In this document: positions 1 through 11,800 of the stretch, one piece after another
Position numbering within the stretch: position 1 is the first letter of the stretch
Layout: the number at the start of each line of letters is the position of its first letter
Origin: Eukaryota sp. TZLM1-RC
Taxonomy: Eukaryota > Protista > Metamonada: BaSk clade
DNA length: 64,000 nt
Assembly: GCA_040285825.1 (NCBI GenBank)
Contig: JAUPSS010000001.1
Coordinates: forward strand, 868,001-932,000
Direction: 5' to 3'
Notes under the pieces: model-generated
The model's database searches: none
What the model saw: the letters and a program-made list of their open reading frames with translations, nothing else
Told to the model about the DNA's origin: nothing
Translations under genes and position numbers: made by a program

Positions 1-149
1 GGGTGATTCTGAAGATTGTGCATTTTAGGTTTTTGTAGATCTTGATTTAGCATGTTATTCGCAAAAATTTCCTTTTGTGAGAAATTGTTACTGTAATTTT
101 AACAAAAATATTCGTTTTCTACGCAAAATCAAATCAAATCAAATCAAAA

Positions 150-514
150 GAAACTAAAACACACAAGAAACAAAATTATTTGGAAACACTTCTGTACAAA
201 GCGAAAATGATACGATTCTTTCATAAATTCCCTGCAAAATTGTTACCACTTGAACGACATAAATTATCAAAATCATTGATGAAATTCAAGGCGAACTGTT
301 CAAAGTTGACAAAAATCGAAAAGGCAAACGGAACAAACGAAAACTTCGAATAAAGGTTCTTATTTAAATCATTTAATATCTCAGTATATTTATCTCTCTT
401 ACGATCTTCAGCCTTGTTTAAATGGCCATTAGTACTAAGTAAAATATCATCGCGATAAAACAAAGCAAAGGGATCAACTGTAGTGAAATCAACAACAACT
501 TGAGAGGAATCCAC
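150..514 (-). mobile_element. RLE non-LTR retrotransposon family A, 3' fragment
   Basis: VVVDFTTVDP...AEDRKRDKY...FVPFAFSIF matches the endonuclease end of the long copy at 33393-33962. Confidence 0.85.
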
Positions 515-544
515 AAAATTTCCATCTTTTATGCATAACTTTTA

Positions 545-810
545 ATCCAATAAAGAATAAAATAATCAAATACACAACTAAAACTCCATATCCTCAAAGT
601 GTGCCTCCTCTACCACAAAACAATCAATTACTAAAGATTTAGAATATTTCCCAAAAAAATACAGAATGAATCAGAAATTAATTCACCATTCCCTTAAAAA
701 TAAATAATACAATACGGTTTTGCCAGTCAACACACTTGAAAATTCTTCCAGTTCTTTCCTTTTCAACTACATAAAAATTCTTGACGGAGACCATTGCAGC
801 CTTATCCAAA
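545..810 (-). mobile_element. Degenerate 3' fragment of a family B-like RLE LINE
   Basis: Reverse complement resembles the LINE B end (ERTGRIF..VYWQNRIV; EEA.FEDMEF); repeated at 2190-2580, 22140-22533 and 31440-31832. Confidence 0.7.
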
Positions 811-869
811 GTGATTTTAACAACAATATTGATTTTCTACTGAAAATCAAATCAAATCAAAAAAATCTA

Positions 870-1570
870 AAGCAAATAAGAAACAAAACTATTTGGGAAC
901 GCTTCTGTACAAAGCGAAAATGATACGATTTTTCCATAAATTCTCTGCAAAATTCTTACCACTTGAACGACATAAATTACCAAAATCATTGATGAAATTC
1001 AAGGCGGATTGTCCAATGTTGCCAAAAATCGAAAAGGCAAAAGGAACAAACGAAAACTTCGAATAAAGGTTCTTATTTAAATCATTTAATATCTCAGTAT
1101 ATTTATCTCTCTTACGATCTTCAGCCTTGTTTAAATGACCATTAGTACTAAGTAAAACATCATCGCGATAAACAAAAGCAAAGGGATCAACTGTAGTGAA
1201 ATCAACAACAACTTGAGAGGAATCCACAAAAGGAGCAATTAAATCACCTCGACGTGAATTAAACAGATTATTATTGCTATAATGCCTCAACAACGGTTCT
1301 ACTTTGCACCTCAAATTGTAACACTTGAACATCTCATATGTCACATCACGAACGGCATTATGAAGAACTGATCGATATTGAAGGAATTTCTTACAACTAA
1401 CAATATGACGGAAATTGGTAGTGGGTTTTTCATTACAAATACAAACAGAATTGCCCAGGAAAAACACTTGGATACAGCCCCAATCTCAACGGCATGTTTT
1501 GTTTCCATGCTTCATTTGTTAAGTGAAGACCAAATAGCCTTGGTTGCTGAGATATAAAACTAGTGCACTT
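870..1570 (-). mobile_element. RLE LINE family A fragment (CCHC finger + endonuclease)
   Basis: CICNEKPTTNFRHIVSC finger, HNAVRD, RRGDLIAP..VVDFTTVDP..KRDKY. Confidence 0.88.
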
Positions 1571-1789
1571 CTGGCTTGTTTTTCTTTTCTTTTCTTTTTG
1601 TCTTTTTGTTTTTTTGGTCTGATTGCATGGTGCTTGATCAATGAGGGTGATTCTGAAGATTGTGCATTTTAGGTTTTTGTAGATCTTGATTTAGCATGTT
1701 ATTCGCAAAAATTTCCTTTTGTGAGAAATTGTTACTGTAATTTTAACAAAAATATTCGTTTTCTACGCAAAATCAAATCAAATCAAATC

Positions 1790-2160
1790 AAAAGAAACTA
1801 AAACACACAAGAAACAAAATTATTTGGAAACACTTCTGTAAAAAGCGAAAATGATACGATTCTTTCATAAATTCCCTGCAAAATTGTTACCACTTTGAAC
1901 GACATAAATTACCAAAATCATTGATGAAATTCAAGGCGGATTGTCCAATGTTGCCAAAAATCGAAAAGGCAAAAGGAACAAACGAAAACTTCGAATAAAG
2001 GTTCTTATTTAAATCATTTAATATCTCAGTATATTTATCTCTCTTACGATCTTCAACCTTGTTTAAATGGCCATTAGTACTAAGTAAAACATCATCGCGA
2101 TAAACAAAAGCAAAGGGATCAACTGTAGTGAAATCAACAACAACTTGAAAGGAATCCACA
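1790..2160 (-). mobile_element. RLE LINE family A 3' fragment
   Basis: Near-identical to 150-514. Confidence 0.85.
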
Positions 2161-2189
2161 AAATTTCCATCTTTTATGCATAACTTTTA

Positions 2190-2580
2190 ATCCAATAAAG
2201 AATAAAATAATCAAATACACAACTAAAGCTCCATATCCTCAAAGTGTGCCTCCTCTACCACAAAACAATCAATTACTAAAGATTCAGAATATTTCCCAAA
2301 AAAATGCAGAATGAATCAGAAATTAATTCACCATTCCCTTAAAAATAAATAATACAATCCGGTTTTGCCAGTAAACACACTTGAAAATTCTTCCAGTTCT
2401 TTCCTTTTCAACTACATCAAAATTCTTGACGGAGACCATTGCAGCCTTATCCAAAGACCCAAGCAAGGAAAAAACAAATGAACATAAAATGTATTGGGCA
2501 TGTGAATATTCATTGACAAAAGAAGTATGTTTCACGAATTAAAAAAATTTTGTATTTTTCGCCAGCAAGAAGAAAACTAT
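2190..2580 (-). mobile_element. Family B-like RLE LINE 3' fragment
   Basis: SHAQY.LC.FVFSLLGSL.KAAM..KERTGRIF..VYWQNRIV as in 55207-56550. Confidence 0.8.
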
Positions 2581-2581
2581 T

Positions 2582-3087
2582 TGATGCCGTTAGGCAGATG
2601 AACACACGAAACAAAGAGAGAATTCTGAGTTTATAAAATTAATTCATAAACCAATATCACGAAGAAATCTACTAAATCAATTTAAGTTAAACAACAACAC
2701 TTTTTTCCGTTTTTTTGAAGACATTGAGCAATACATGAACACGGCAGAAAAAGAAGTTGTCCAATTTTTACGGTAATTTTTTTGACATCATTACACACAG
2801 TTCAAATGTACATTTGTTGGTATAAGTCGAGAAGTCGAGATGAACAGAATGACATAACATATATTATTGACATTATTAGTCTCAATAAACTAGAAGGAAC
2901 CATCACATTCGCTACTCAAGAACAGCTAACCTGCATTCCAGGCTACACCGTTGGTTGTTGTTGAATTATAATTGATTTAGTAGAGTTCTTTGTATTTCGA
3001 CTGATCACGTTATACTCGATTATGAATCAGTTATTAAAAAACTTAGTGTTCTCTCTCCTTCGTGTGTTCATCTGCATAACGGCATCA
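2582..3087. mobile_element. 506-bp TIR-bounded mini-element (deletion derivative of the virus-like element at 31833)
   Basis: Left end TGATGCCGTTAGGCAGATGAACACACGAA and right end TTCGTGTGTTCATCTGCATAACGGCATCA are inverted at 28/29, with imperfect pairing to ~55 bp; first ~128 bp match 31833-31960. Confidence 0.8.
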
Positions 3088-3326
3088 CCTTTTCATAGAC
3101 AACGCAAAACTGAGTCAAAGTATATGGTTTAATTACCTTACGTGTTTTAAAGACGTTCACAGATGTTTGGTCATCAAACACCTGTATATTTTTCAAATTT
3201 ATCTCAACTACTATCACCCATAAAAAACACCTGCAACCTCAAAAGATTTCGGAATAACAGAATGTGAATTTATGCATTTCCAATCAGCTCAATCAAAAAA
3301 TGCCACCCCAAATATGAAACATATTA

Positions 3327-3506
3327 TATGAAACAAAAATCTTGGTTGTCGATAAAGACAGTGAAAAATCAACAGAACAAGAACTCACAGATGACTTGCT
3401 CTCAATCATTTATATCTTCAATTGCAGACAAATGGGTAGACGAAGGTATAAAAGCACAAAAGGTGAAAATTTATCCATCGAGGTTACAGAAGAAAATTCT
3501 TCGTAA
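3327..3506 (+). pseudogene. IS607-family serine recombinase (TnpA) C-terminal remnant overlapping a TnpB/Fanzor2 N-terminal remnant
   Basis: Frame from 3327 reads YETKILVVDKDSEKSTEQELTDDLLSIIYIFNCRQMGRRRY (IS607 TnpA C-terminus); the overlapping frame from 3328 reads KSWLSIK..TCSQSFISS..KAQKVKIYPSRLQKKIL (TnpB N-terminal motif). Confidence 0.75.
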
Positions 3507-3928
3507 AATTACCCATAAAGGAGAATTCTATTGTGCATCCCGCTCATCATATCACAAACAAGACATTACCCCATTGGTTGCCCTAACTTTTGAGAGACAA
3601 ACAAAGGCATTGGGTAGAGCATATTTGGAAGATGAAACTTATTCATAAATGTTTATTTCATTAATAAATTGAATTTCTATAATTGAACATCATACAATGC
3701 TTCACTGAACCTGAATTATGTCTTTACACCCAAGATCACCATTATAAATACAACTGTCTAAATTTTAAAAAAAAAGTGATTCAATCAATCAAGATGATTC
3801 AATCAATCAACATTTTGACACCATAAATTCAATAGACTTGATGACTAGACACTAGCATTAGTAGAGAAAAATTCGTTAATGAAACTTTATTTATAAGTCA
3901 AGTTTGAGACAACTTTTGACAATTTTCT

Positions 3929-4036
3929 AGACAGCAAGCAAATCAAGATTTTGTAGAGGAAATCTTGGTTTAATGATAGTCGTCCCATTAGTTATGATTT
4001 AATTTAATCAAGTGTGCAAATTCAATAAATTAACTT
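3929..4036 (+). mobile_element. 108-bp 3' tail of RLE LINE family C with a 10-bp TSD
   Basis: Same tail as 6924-7065 and 7878-8220; flanked by ACAATTTTCT at 3919-3928 and 4037-4046. Confidence 0.8.
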
Positions 4037-7000
4037 ACAATTTTCTTCAAAAAAGATTTCTTGACAAATTCAGGATCTTGGTTGACATTCCAATGCCCAT
4101 ATTTTCTATAACAAGAAGAGTCATCTTTCCTATCACAGTTGTCGCCAAACTTGCACTTATAAGGAATCACTGGTATAGGTTCATGGGAAAAAGTGAAGCG
4201 ATGGAGAGGATCCTTAAGACCTTCACAACTTACCCCATGTTCACATACTTCCAGCTCAACGTGGTCAAATAGTCTGCAGTGTTCCTCATTTTCCACATCT
4301 TTACAAAATCCTGAATATCGACAAATATGTTTAAATCCCCTTAAATGCTTGGCTCCCTCGGAGGTCTTTCCCATATGATCCACATAGTAATACTCGCAGG
4401 TATAAGGATTAGGACATTGAGGTAGTTCAGAGTTTATATTAGCAACATTTTTAGTAATAGAGGAAGATCTTGGTTTTTGAAACGATTTTGTGGATGTAAA
4501 ATGTTGAAAAAATGTTCGATGAGATAGTGAAGCCAACTGGTTACAATTTTTAAAGGGGCAACGTGGAACATGGTGAAATTTTGAAATATGATCTCTTTCA
4601 TCAACACGTTGGCAGGGAAAGAGCAAATCATGACATGGAAGCATAAAATTTCGAGAATTTTGAATTAAATCATATTTAATTAAATCTTGGCATTGTGCTA
4701 GACAATCCCCAAATCCACTAAATATAATTGAATCAAAAAACTTGTGGAAAATGGAAAGTACAAATGATAAAACAGTCATTGCACCAGGAATAGGGTTTCT
4801 GAAAGCTCCACAACCAAGAGGGCAAATCACCAAATGAGTAATTCCGTGTTTAATGGCAGCTAAAAAGACACAAGTCCATCTCTTGTATAGTAATTGTAAA
4901 TCATCAAAATGAGCATAGTCTTCACCAAAGTTTTCGACTTCCTTTTTTTGTGGATTTTGAGGAGCAGCAGTACTTATAATGGTAACTCTTTGTGGTTTTT
5001 CAAGTAATTGATATCCAGTAGCTTCCATTGTTTTGAAAATTTCCACATTTTCGGTAACTACAACATCAATTTTAGCTGTTTTCCATGGATATGCTACCCT
5101 TTGTCCAGAAACGACCTGTCCACCATACTGTTCAGGATCCAAAGCAGCACCTAGAGTTGTTCTTCTGAAAAGTGATTCTTCCTGGGCACTTGCACCCGTG
5201 AGATAACCACCACCAGGATGTTCCTCATTAGCCATGTTGAGGACACCAACACGGTTAGTGGCAGGATCAAGGCCAATCGCACATTCAAGACAGTCTTTTT
5301 CCAAAAACTCGATCGGTTTAACATCATTAGTTGCAACAAAATCAAAATCCTGATTAAAAAAATCGTCAAAAAAATAGACAGAATTACATAGCAAATTACA
5401 ATTCAATCTAATAAAGGATTCACCATTCAGAGCATAACCATTGGCATTCACGACTCTCAAAGTATGAGCTAATATGATGCACAACACAAGCCTATAACAA
5501 TTGTTGAATCTTCGTCTAAGAGAGGGAAGGTCATAGGAATTGATTAGGAAATGGATTAATTGATCATTGTAATTTTCGACTAAATTTCCATAGTAATGCA
5601 GAGCCAAATCAACATGGGCCTTTTGTTCGGCAAAACAAACAGGATACGCAAGAGCAGGATTGAATTCCTCAACCAAAACTAATATAATTTCTCTATTTTT
5701 CCCTTTAATTCTACAATTAAAAATCGTACCTCTTTTTAGAACACATTCATCCTCTGTGCTGACCAGAACAACTCTTCTATCCCCAAACAAAGTGATCTTG
5801 TGCTTTGTGGAAGTGAGGCTCTGGTCAATGACGTGTTTCAGAGTTGAGAAATTTGGACAAGGAATGAAGACTAGTTCGAATAAATAGAATTCATTAAAAG
5901 AAATTCTAAAATTTTGGTTGGAAGTGTCAATTGATTGAATGATCTCTGATTGATCTTCTTTTGAAAAGACCAAATATTCGAACAATGAAATGTCAGCCAA
6001 TATTTGGTCATTTAGATAGATTGTCTGTGAATTCGGTAATAGTTGAGCCAAATTTTCGTCAATAACAGAATGATTAATTGGTGATCCATCTTCGACAACG
6101 ACTGTGATCGACGTCAAGGCTAAAATTTTAGAAGTTTGATCTCTTCCCCTGCTCTTGAGCTCTACTATTTCCTTTTGCTTATCCATTAATTTTTGTTTCA
6201 ATTTTTGAATCAATTGATTGTTTTTTTCATTATTATTGACCGCCAACTGATCACTGTTAGTGGACATTTCTAAAATTTCTGCCTTTAAACCCAAAACTTC
6301 CTTTTCCAAATTTTCAATGATTTCCGATCGGTCGGCTACACAATTTTTCAAAGAGTCAAGGATAGCAACAAATTCTTCATTAATTTCTTTAATTTTCCCA
6401 TATTGCCCTTCTAATTCATCATGAGAGTCAGAAAGATCCTTGAAAGCTGATTCTGATTGGTTCAAGGAAAAAGAAAGTGATTTAATAACTGATGAATAAT
6501 TGGTAGATTTTTCGGAGAGATCACAAAAAAGATCATAAAGCTCATTGAAAGAAGTTGAAAATGTTTTGAATTCTGAACGTTGTGACTGAATGGTTTCCTC
6601 TAAGTGAGTAATTTTTGACTCCAATTCAACAATTAACGTAGACTTAAATTGAATTTCTGTATTCAATTCAGCAATCAAGTCTTGATTATTCTTGATTGAT
6701 TGACAATTTGATTGATTCTCGGTTGATAATTCCGAATTACTGGCTTTAAGAGACATAATCTCTGATTCCAGTGATTCTTTTTCAGACGTTAGAGATTTGA
6801 TTTGAGTAGTTAATTCAGCAATTGATGAATTTAATTCTGCAAATTTAGAACTTTTCATCAATAATTCTTGAATCTTTGAATTAATTTCAGCATCTTTTTC
6901 TTTTAATAATTCAATTTTATCACGGTTTTTCAATCGAATTAGAGAAGCTTTAGCTAGACAGCAAGCAAATCAAGATTTTGTAGAGGAAATCTTGGTTTAA

Positions 7001-7877
7001 TGATAGTCGTCCCATTAGTTATGATTTAATTTAATCAAGTGTGCAAATTCAATAAATATATATATATTTTATCACCATTATCTTTTTCATTTTTCTTAAT
7101 TTCTTCTTTTAATTCACTATTCAACAGACCCAACTCATCTAATGCACTTGATAATTCATTATTTTTACTGTTAATTAAGGTGATTTCATCTTTTAACTCA
7201 GTAATAATTGAGTTTAACTGTTCCTTTTCCAGAATTAATTCCTTTTCACTCTCCGAGTTACTACTAATTTTTGCTTTAATTTGATCCAATTCAAGTTCTC
7301 TTTCGGATATAACACTACCTAATTTTTCTTTTTCTAGCACAACCAAGTAATAATTTGTTTCTAATCTAACCAACGAGTCAGTTTTGAGCTGACAAGTTTT
7401 CTGACATTCTGAATATTTCGAAGTGATCTCTTCTAACTGAGACTTAAAATTTTAACACTGTTCCTCAGTCAAGGTTAAATTTGACCGAAGCTCTTGAATT
7501 TGATCGGAAATGTCTTGATTTTGAGCTTCCAAGTCTTGTTTTTCTTCACTAACTTTGTTGAAATTTCGTTGTAATTTTTCATAAAGTTTTGATAATTCCT
7601 GATTTTTGACCGTCATGTCATTTAATTGATTGGTAACGTCAGCAATTTTGACCTTATCAGATTCTACTTTGGCTTTCAAATGATTAATCTCTTCCTTTAA
7701 AAATCCAACTTGTCGTTGATTGAGCTCCTTTGATTCAAGCGCAAAGTTTTTAAAATTTTGTTCCAAAATTTCGTAATCTGACTTTGACTCTGCAAGACTT
7801 TGGGTTAATTCTTCACATTTCTGTTCGAATTCAGCAGACTTCCGTTGAAAACCTTTCAACTTGTCAATTTGAGACAA
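4030..7877 (-). pseudogene. Coiled-coil + bacterial-type PARG macrodomain (TIGR02452/DUF2263-like) + tandem PBZ-like zinc fingers, interrupted
   Basis: VGVLNMANEEHPGGGYLTGASAQEESLFRRT and LGCGAFRNP motifs; six C..C..H..H fingers such as CEHGVSCEGLKDPLHRFTFSH; split by a LINE tail at 6924-7065, a break near 7450 and LINE insertions at both ends; 4030-6933 is open for 967 aa. Confidence 0.85.
6924..7065 (+). mobile_element. RLE LINE family C 3' tail with a 10-bp TSD
   Basis: Ends in AATAAA(TA)n; flanked by ATTTTATCAC at 6914-6923 and 7066-7075. Confidence 0.8.
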
Positions 7878-8220
7878 ACATAGAAAATATGATAAACTTA
7901 TTGAAGAGGCTAATGTCGATAGAAATACACAGCTGGTTTTTATTGCTTTCCCATTTTCGATAAATGGAAGATGATCAGTTGAAGCAGAAACTTTTTTGGA
8001 TGACTTCCAAACAATGGTGCAAGAAAGAACAATGAAAGATTTGATATTTTTTTATGGCGATCACGAGATTCAATTTGCCATTATTCAAAGATTACCTCGG
8101 TTTTTCAATCGAATTAGTGGAGCTTTAGCTAGACAGCAAGCAGATTAAGATTTTGTAGAGGAAATCTTGGTTCAATGATAGTCGTCCCATTAGTAATGAA
8201 TTAATTTAATTAAGTGTGCA
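7878..8220 (+). mobile_element. RLE LINE family C 3' fragment
   Basis: Translates with stops to RKYDKLIEE..FIAFPFSING..FLDDFQ..QERT..DFVEEILV, an RLE C-terminus. Confidence 0.7.
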
Positions 8221-8740
8221 TGTTTTGTTTTAATGCATCCGAAATTTCTCTAAATGGTACTTTAATTGGTGCATCACCACCTTGTTGACGTTTAATATTA
8301 ATTCTGTGAGAACATTGATCAATAATTTGGAAAAGATAAATGGAAAATGGATTTGATGTTGTGATTGAATTAATATTCAATGGTCTACTTCCAAATCCAT
8401 TATCACCACTTTGATATCCCTCAATTGATGTGAATTGTTCAATAACATTAGCATAAGTCATTGTTAGTACTAATTTATCATTTGTAATGGAATCGCGTGG
8501 TTGTCGGAAATTGTACATTGGTGTACCCAAGATGGTATTTAAATCATTGGGATTACCAGTTGATCTATCTGTATTTAATGAATAATGTGTATTATTGTTC
8601 ACATTTACACCATTGTATATTAAATTTTGTATCACATTATCAGTATTCAAATCAATTCCAGAATCATATAACAATGTATCAGGGAAAATCAATTCTGTAA
8701 TTTCATTACAAGCTTTGTGCCAATTTTCAATTTCTTCAGT
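8221..8740 (-). pseudogene. Orphan Asn-rich coding fragment, possibly viral
   Basis: Open frame of about 170 codons with no ATG start; 3' end fused to a LINE tail; composition like the 32-40 kb block. Confidence 0.3.
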
Positions 8741-8847
8741 AACGAATGTTCATGTTCAATAAATACATATATTCAATGTTCGATTTTCACTTTTCGTTCA
8801 GGTTCAGGTGTTGACGAAAGATCATATCTCAACTACACCTTGGAACC

Positions 8848-11800
8848 ATGGTTAAGCCCGTACTTTCGTCACTTCTACTACCTGCTACCTTTTTCGTTTG
8901 TCTTTTATCTAGACAATCTTATTTCTTATTTGCTTTTGTTCCTTCGCTTTTTCTTGCTATTAAGCTTCCGAATCAGAAATAGCCCCCGCTGCTCTCTTTT
9001 GCATTATCCTTTCTTGGTTTAGTCGCTTCTGCAGTAATCATTCCATTTGACCTCCCCCTTCTTCAGTCTTTATATATAGGTACTTGTTCTGATTCACTAT
9101 GTATACCACCATTTGCGTACTATGGTTCACTTGTTTTCTTGTTATTCATCTATCTTCGACTGCAACCTTCTTCATGCACGCTCTCCTCACATGTCCCTCT
9201 CCTGTCCAATGTTTATCTCAAAACCATTCTCATCCTACTTTCCTTCTCTTTCGTCCCCACACCCACCTACTTCGTCTTCTTCACCCTCATATCGCTTGTT
9301 TTGTCATCTCCAACTTCTCCTCTCCTCTCCCACAACCTCTACCATAAGATCTTATCCATTTGTTCATTTTCCCACCTCTACTACATTCTTCTCTCCTCTA
9401 CTCTCTCCCTTCCTTACTTTCATGATCCATCTACTCTTCTTCCACTTCCTGTGTCTTTCTTCTCCACACTACACATTCTTACCCTAATTCTCTCCATTTA
9501 TCTTCACTCATCCCCTTACTTTTTCTCTCCACATCACCGTATTCCCCAAGCAGATAGTGTTGAACCTAGTCTAATCTCTCTTTCTTTTGTTCCTGACACA
9601 ACTGCTTCTATTAGTGTAGCATCTGTAATTTCTTTTTTTCTCATGTGGATTAGTATTAATTGCTACCTTCTTTTACCCTTCACCTTGGCTGATTCCGTTG
9701 CTGATATATGGAATGATTCTGATTATTTTTAAATTAAGAACTTGTGGTTTTAAACGAGGTTATAGAGTTTTATTATTTTCTATTATTTCAATTAATTTAA
9801 CATTTATTTCTTTTTTCTAAACAACCAAGAGCTGTGACGTTACTTTCAGCAGCTTTCTTTCTATTTTTGAACCCTTTTGGTCTATTGGTGACGTTTTCGC
9901 CACGTCAGCATAGGTACTTTTTGAAATTTTTGAGAATTATTTACACAATTGACCACTCTATTATTGTTTTTACTGCTTCTTTATTAATCACCTTAAATTT
10001 ACCTACAGTTCCATTTATTTTACTATTCTTATTATCAGTTCATTATATTCTTCATCCTTTATCATCAAATAAAAAAATTACAAATTTGATGTTATTTATT
10101 TCTTTTGGTTTTGTTTTACTATTTTATTCCACTTTCTCTTCTTTTATTTCCTCAATCTGTGATTCTCAATTCGCAATTGTGTTGGGCGTTTGTAAGACCC
10201 AATCTTATTATTATTCAGTTATTATCTTTATTTTAATTTCTTCTTTATCTCATTTAAATTATTTACTAAGAAGAATAGATGGTGAAAGTAGAACCTCTTT
10301 GTCTTTTCAATCTCCTTTATTCTTAAAATTCAAATCAGTAATTGGAGTTTGCTTTATTAGCATATACTTGTTATTTAGAGTTTGTTTATTGGAAATTGTT
10401 ATATTAGCAATCTTTGTGGTTATTGTTTTACTCCCAATTGTTGGAATTCGAAATTCTTTAATTGACTTTATCGGATTTTCTAGTTTGGTTTTTGGTCATT
10501 GCTAGTTTATTTATAATCCAATACACCCCAGTAATGGATTATTTATCCACACTTCTCCCAGCTCATTATGTAGACGTGATATCACGTTATCATTTTGACC
10601 TTTTATTTGATCGATTTGTTTTTCTTATTTTTCCAGTATTATCTTTTGTTTTTTTTAAGGGAATTGACTTTAATCAGCGCTTCATTTCCCTTTCAAGACC
10701 TTCAATTATCAAAAATTTAGTCGTTTTTCATTCTAGTAATTTCAACATTCCAACCATATATTTTAAATCTAATACCGTTAATAATTTGTATTTTTGATTT
10801 AACTCTAATCAAACACACAAACGGAACTAGTAGGAAGCTGCTTTATCTAATAACCTCAATTTTAACAATAACTCGATTAACAATTACTTATTTATCAATA
10901 GCATTGCCTCAAGATTTTATTAAAAGTCCCATATTTAAAATATTTGCATTACCCTCACTCAACCATTGTGACTCTGTTTTTTGTCTAGAGCATGCTTTAA
11001 TTTTATTACCTTTGGTTATTCAATTAATCATTTCTACCTCCTTCATCAAATCACCTTCCCCATCAATCACGTCGCCTGTGATTGCTTTATTTACATCGCA
11101 ATTCCAACTACTTGGCCCAGCTTTCATGCATACAGTGGCAGTAGTGTTTGCTTGGGTATCTATTCTATCTATAAGAGATCCTTTTTCTATTATTCTAGGA
11201 GCTTCCTGTTTAGGCTTTCTTAGTTCTCATCATTGGAGACATCGGAAAAAACTTGTTTGGTTGGTTCTGTTGGGGTTAGTGTTTGGGGTTGTTTCCAAAA
11301 TTTTGTTGTCTTCTTTATGTGATCTCTATCCTGATCTCCATTCTTCATGGCCAAAATTTTACGAATTTTTCGGAGTGTCTTGCACATCCAACTCTTTCCT
11401 TTTTCACTTCAGTTTCCCCATTTTAGCCATATTTTGCCTCTATAGGTCCATGGCCAATCCCCTTGACTTGAGCTTATACTGCCCCGAAACTGAAGATGAA
11501 GTTTCTCCCATCGCTTTTAAAATTGAAAAGTTTTTGTTACCGCTTTTAAGACCTTGTCTAATTATTTTATTGTTCTTTATCGGTGTTCAACGTGCATCTG
11601 TTCCTGCTTTGCTTTACGTAATTGTAGCACTTTGGTTGGTGTATTCGGACTCTGTTTTTACTGAGCTGAAAAGGGCAAAAACTTTCACGTTTTGTTTGTA
11701 TGTTTTAAACTGCTCTGTTTTGATTTCACAATCAATATTTCAGTTGAGCTTTTTCAGTGAATCTTCTGATCTCTTCTCGATCTCTTCTATTCTAGGTCTA

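Noticed and set aside
2570-3100. Target-site duplication around the TIR mini-elements
   Set aside because: The flanks (AACTATT and CCTTTTC) do not match, so the integration mechanism cannot be inferred from this window.
3328-3648. Genuine 106-aa protein in three copies
   Set aside because: Only the first ~60 codons are an IS607 remnant; the rest appears to be fused unrelated sequence copied with the cassette.
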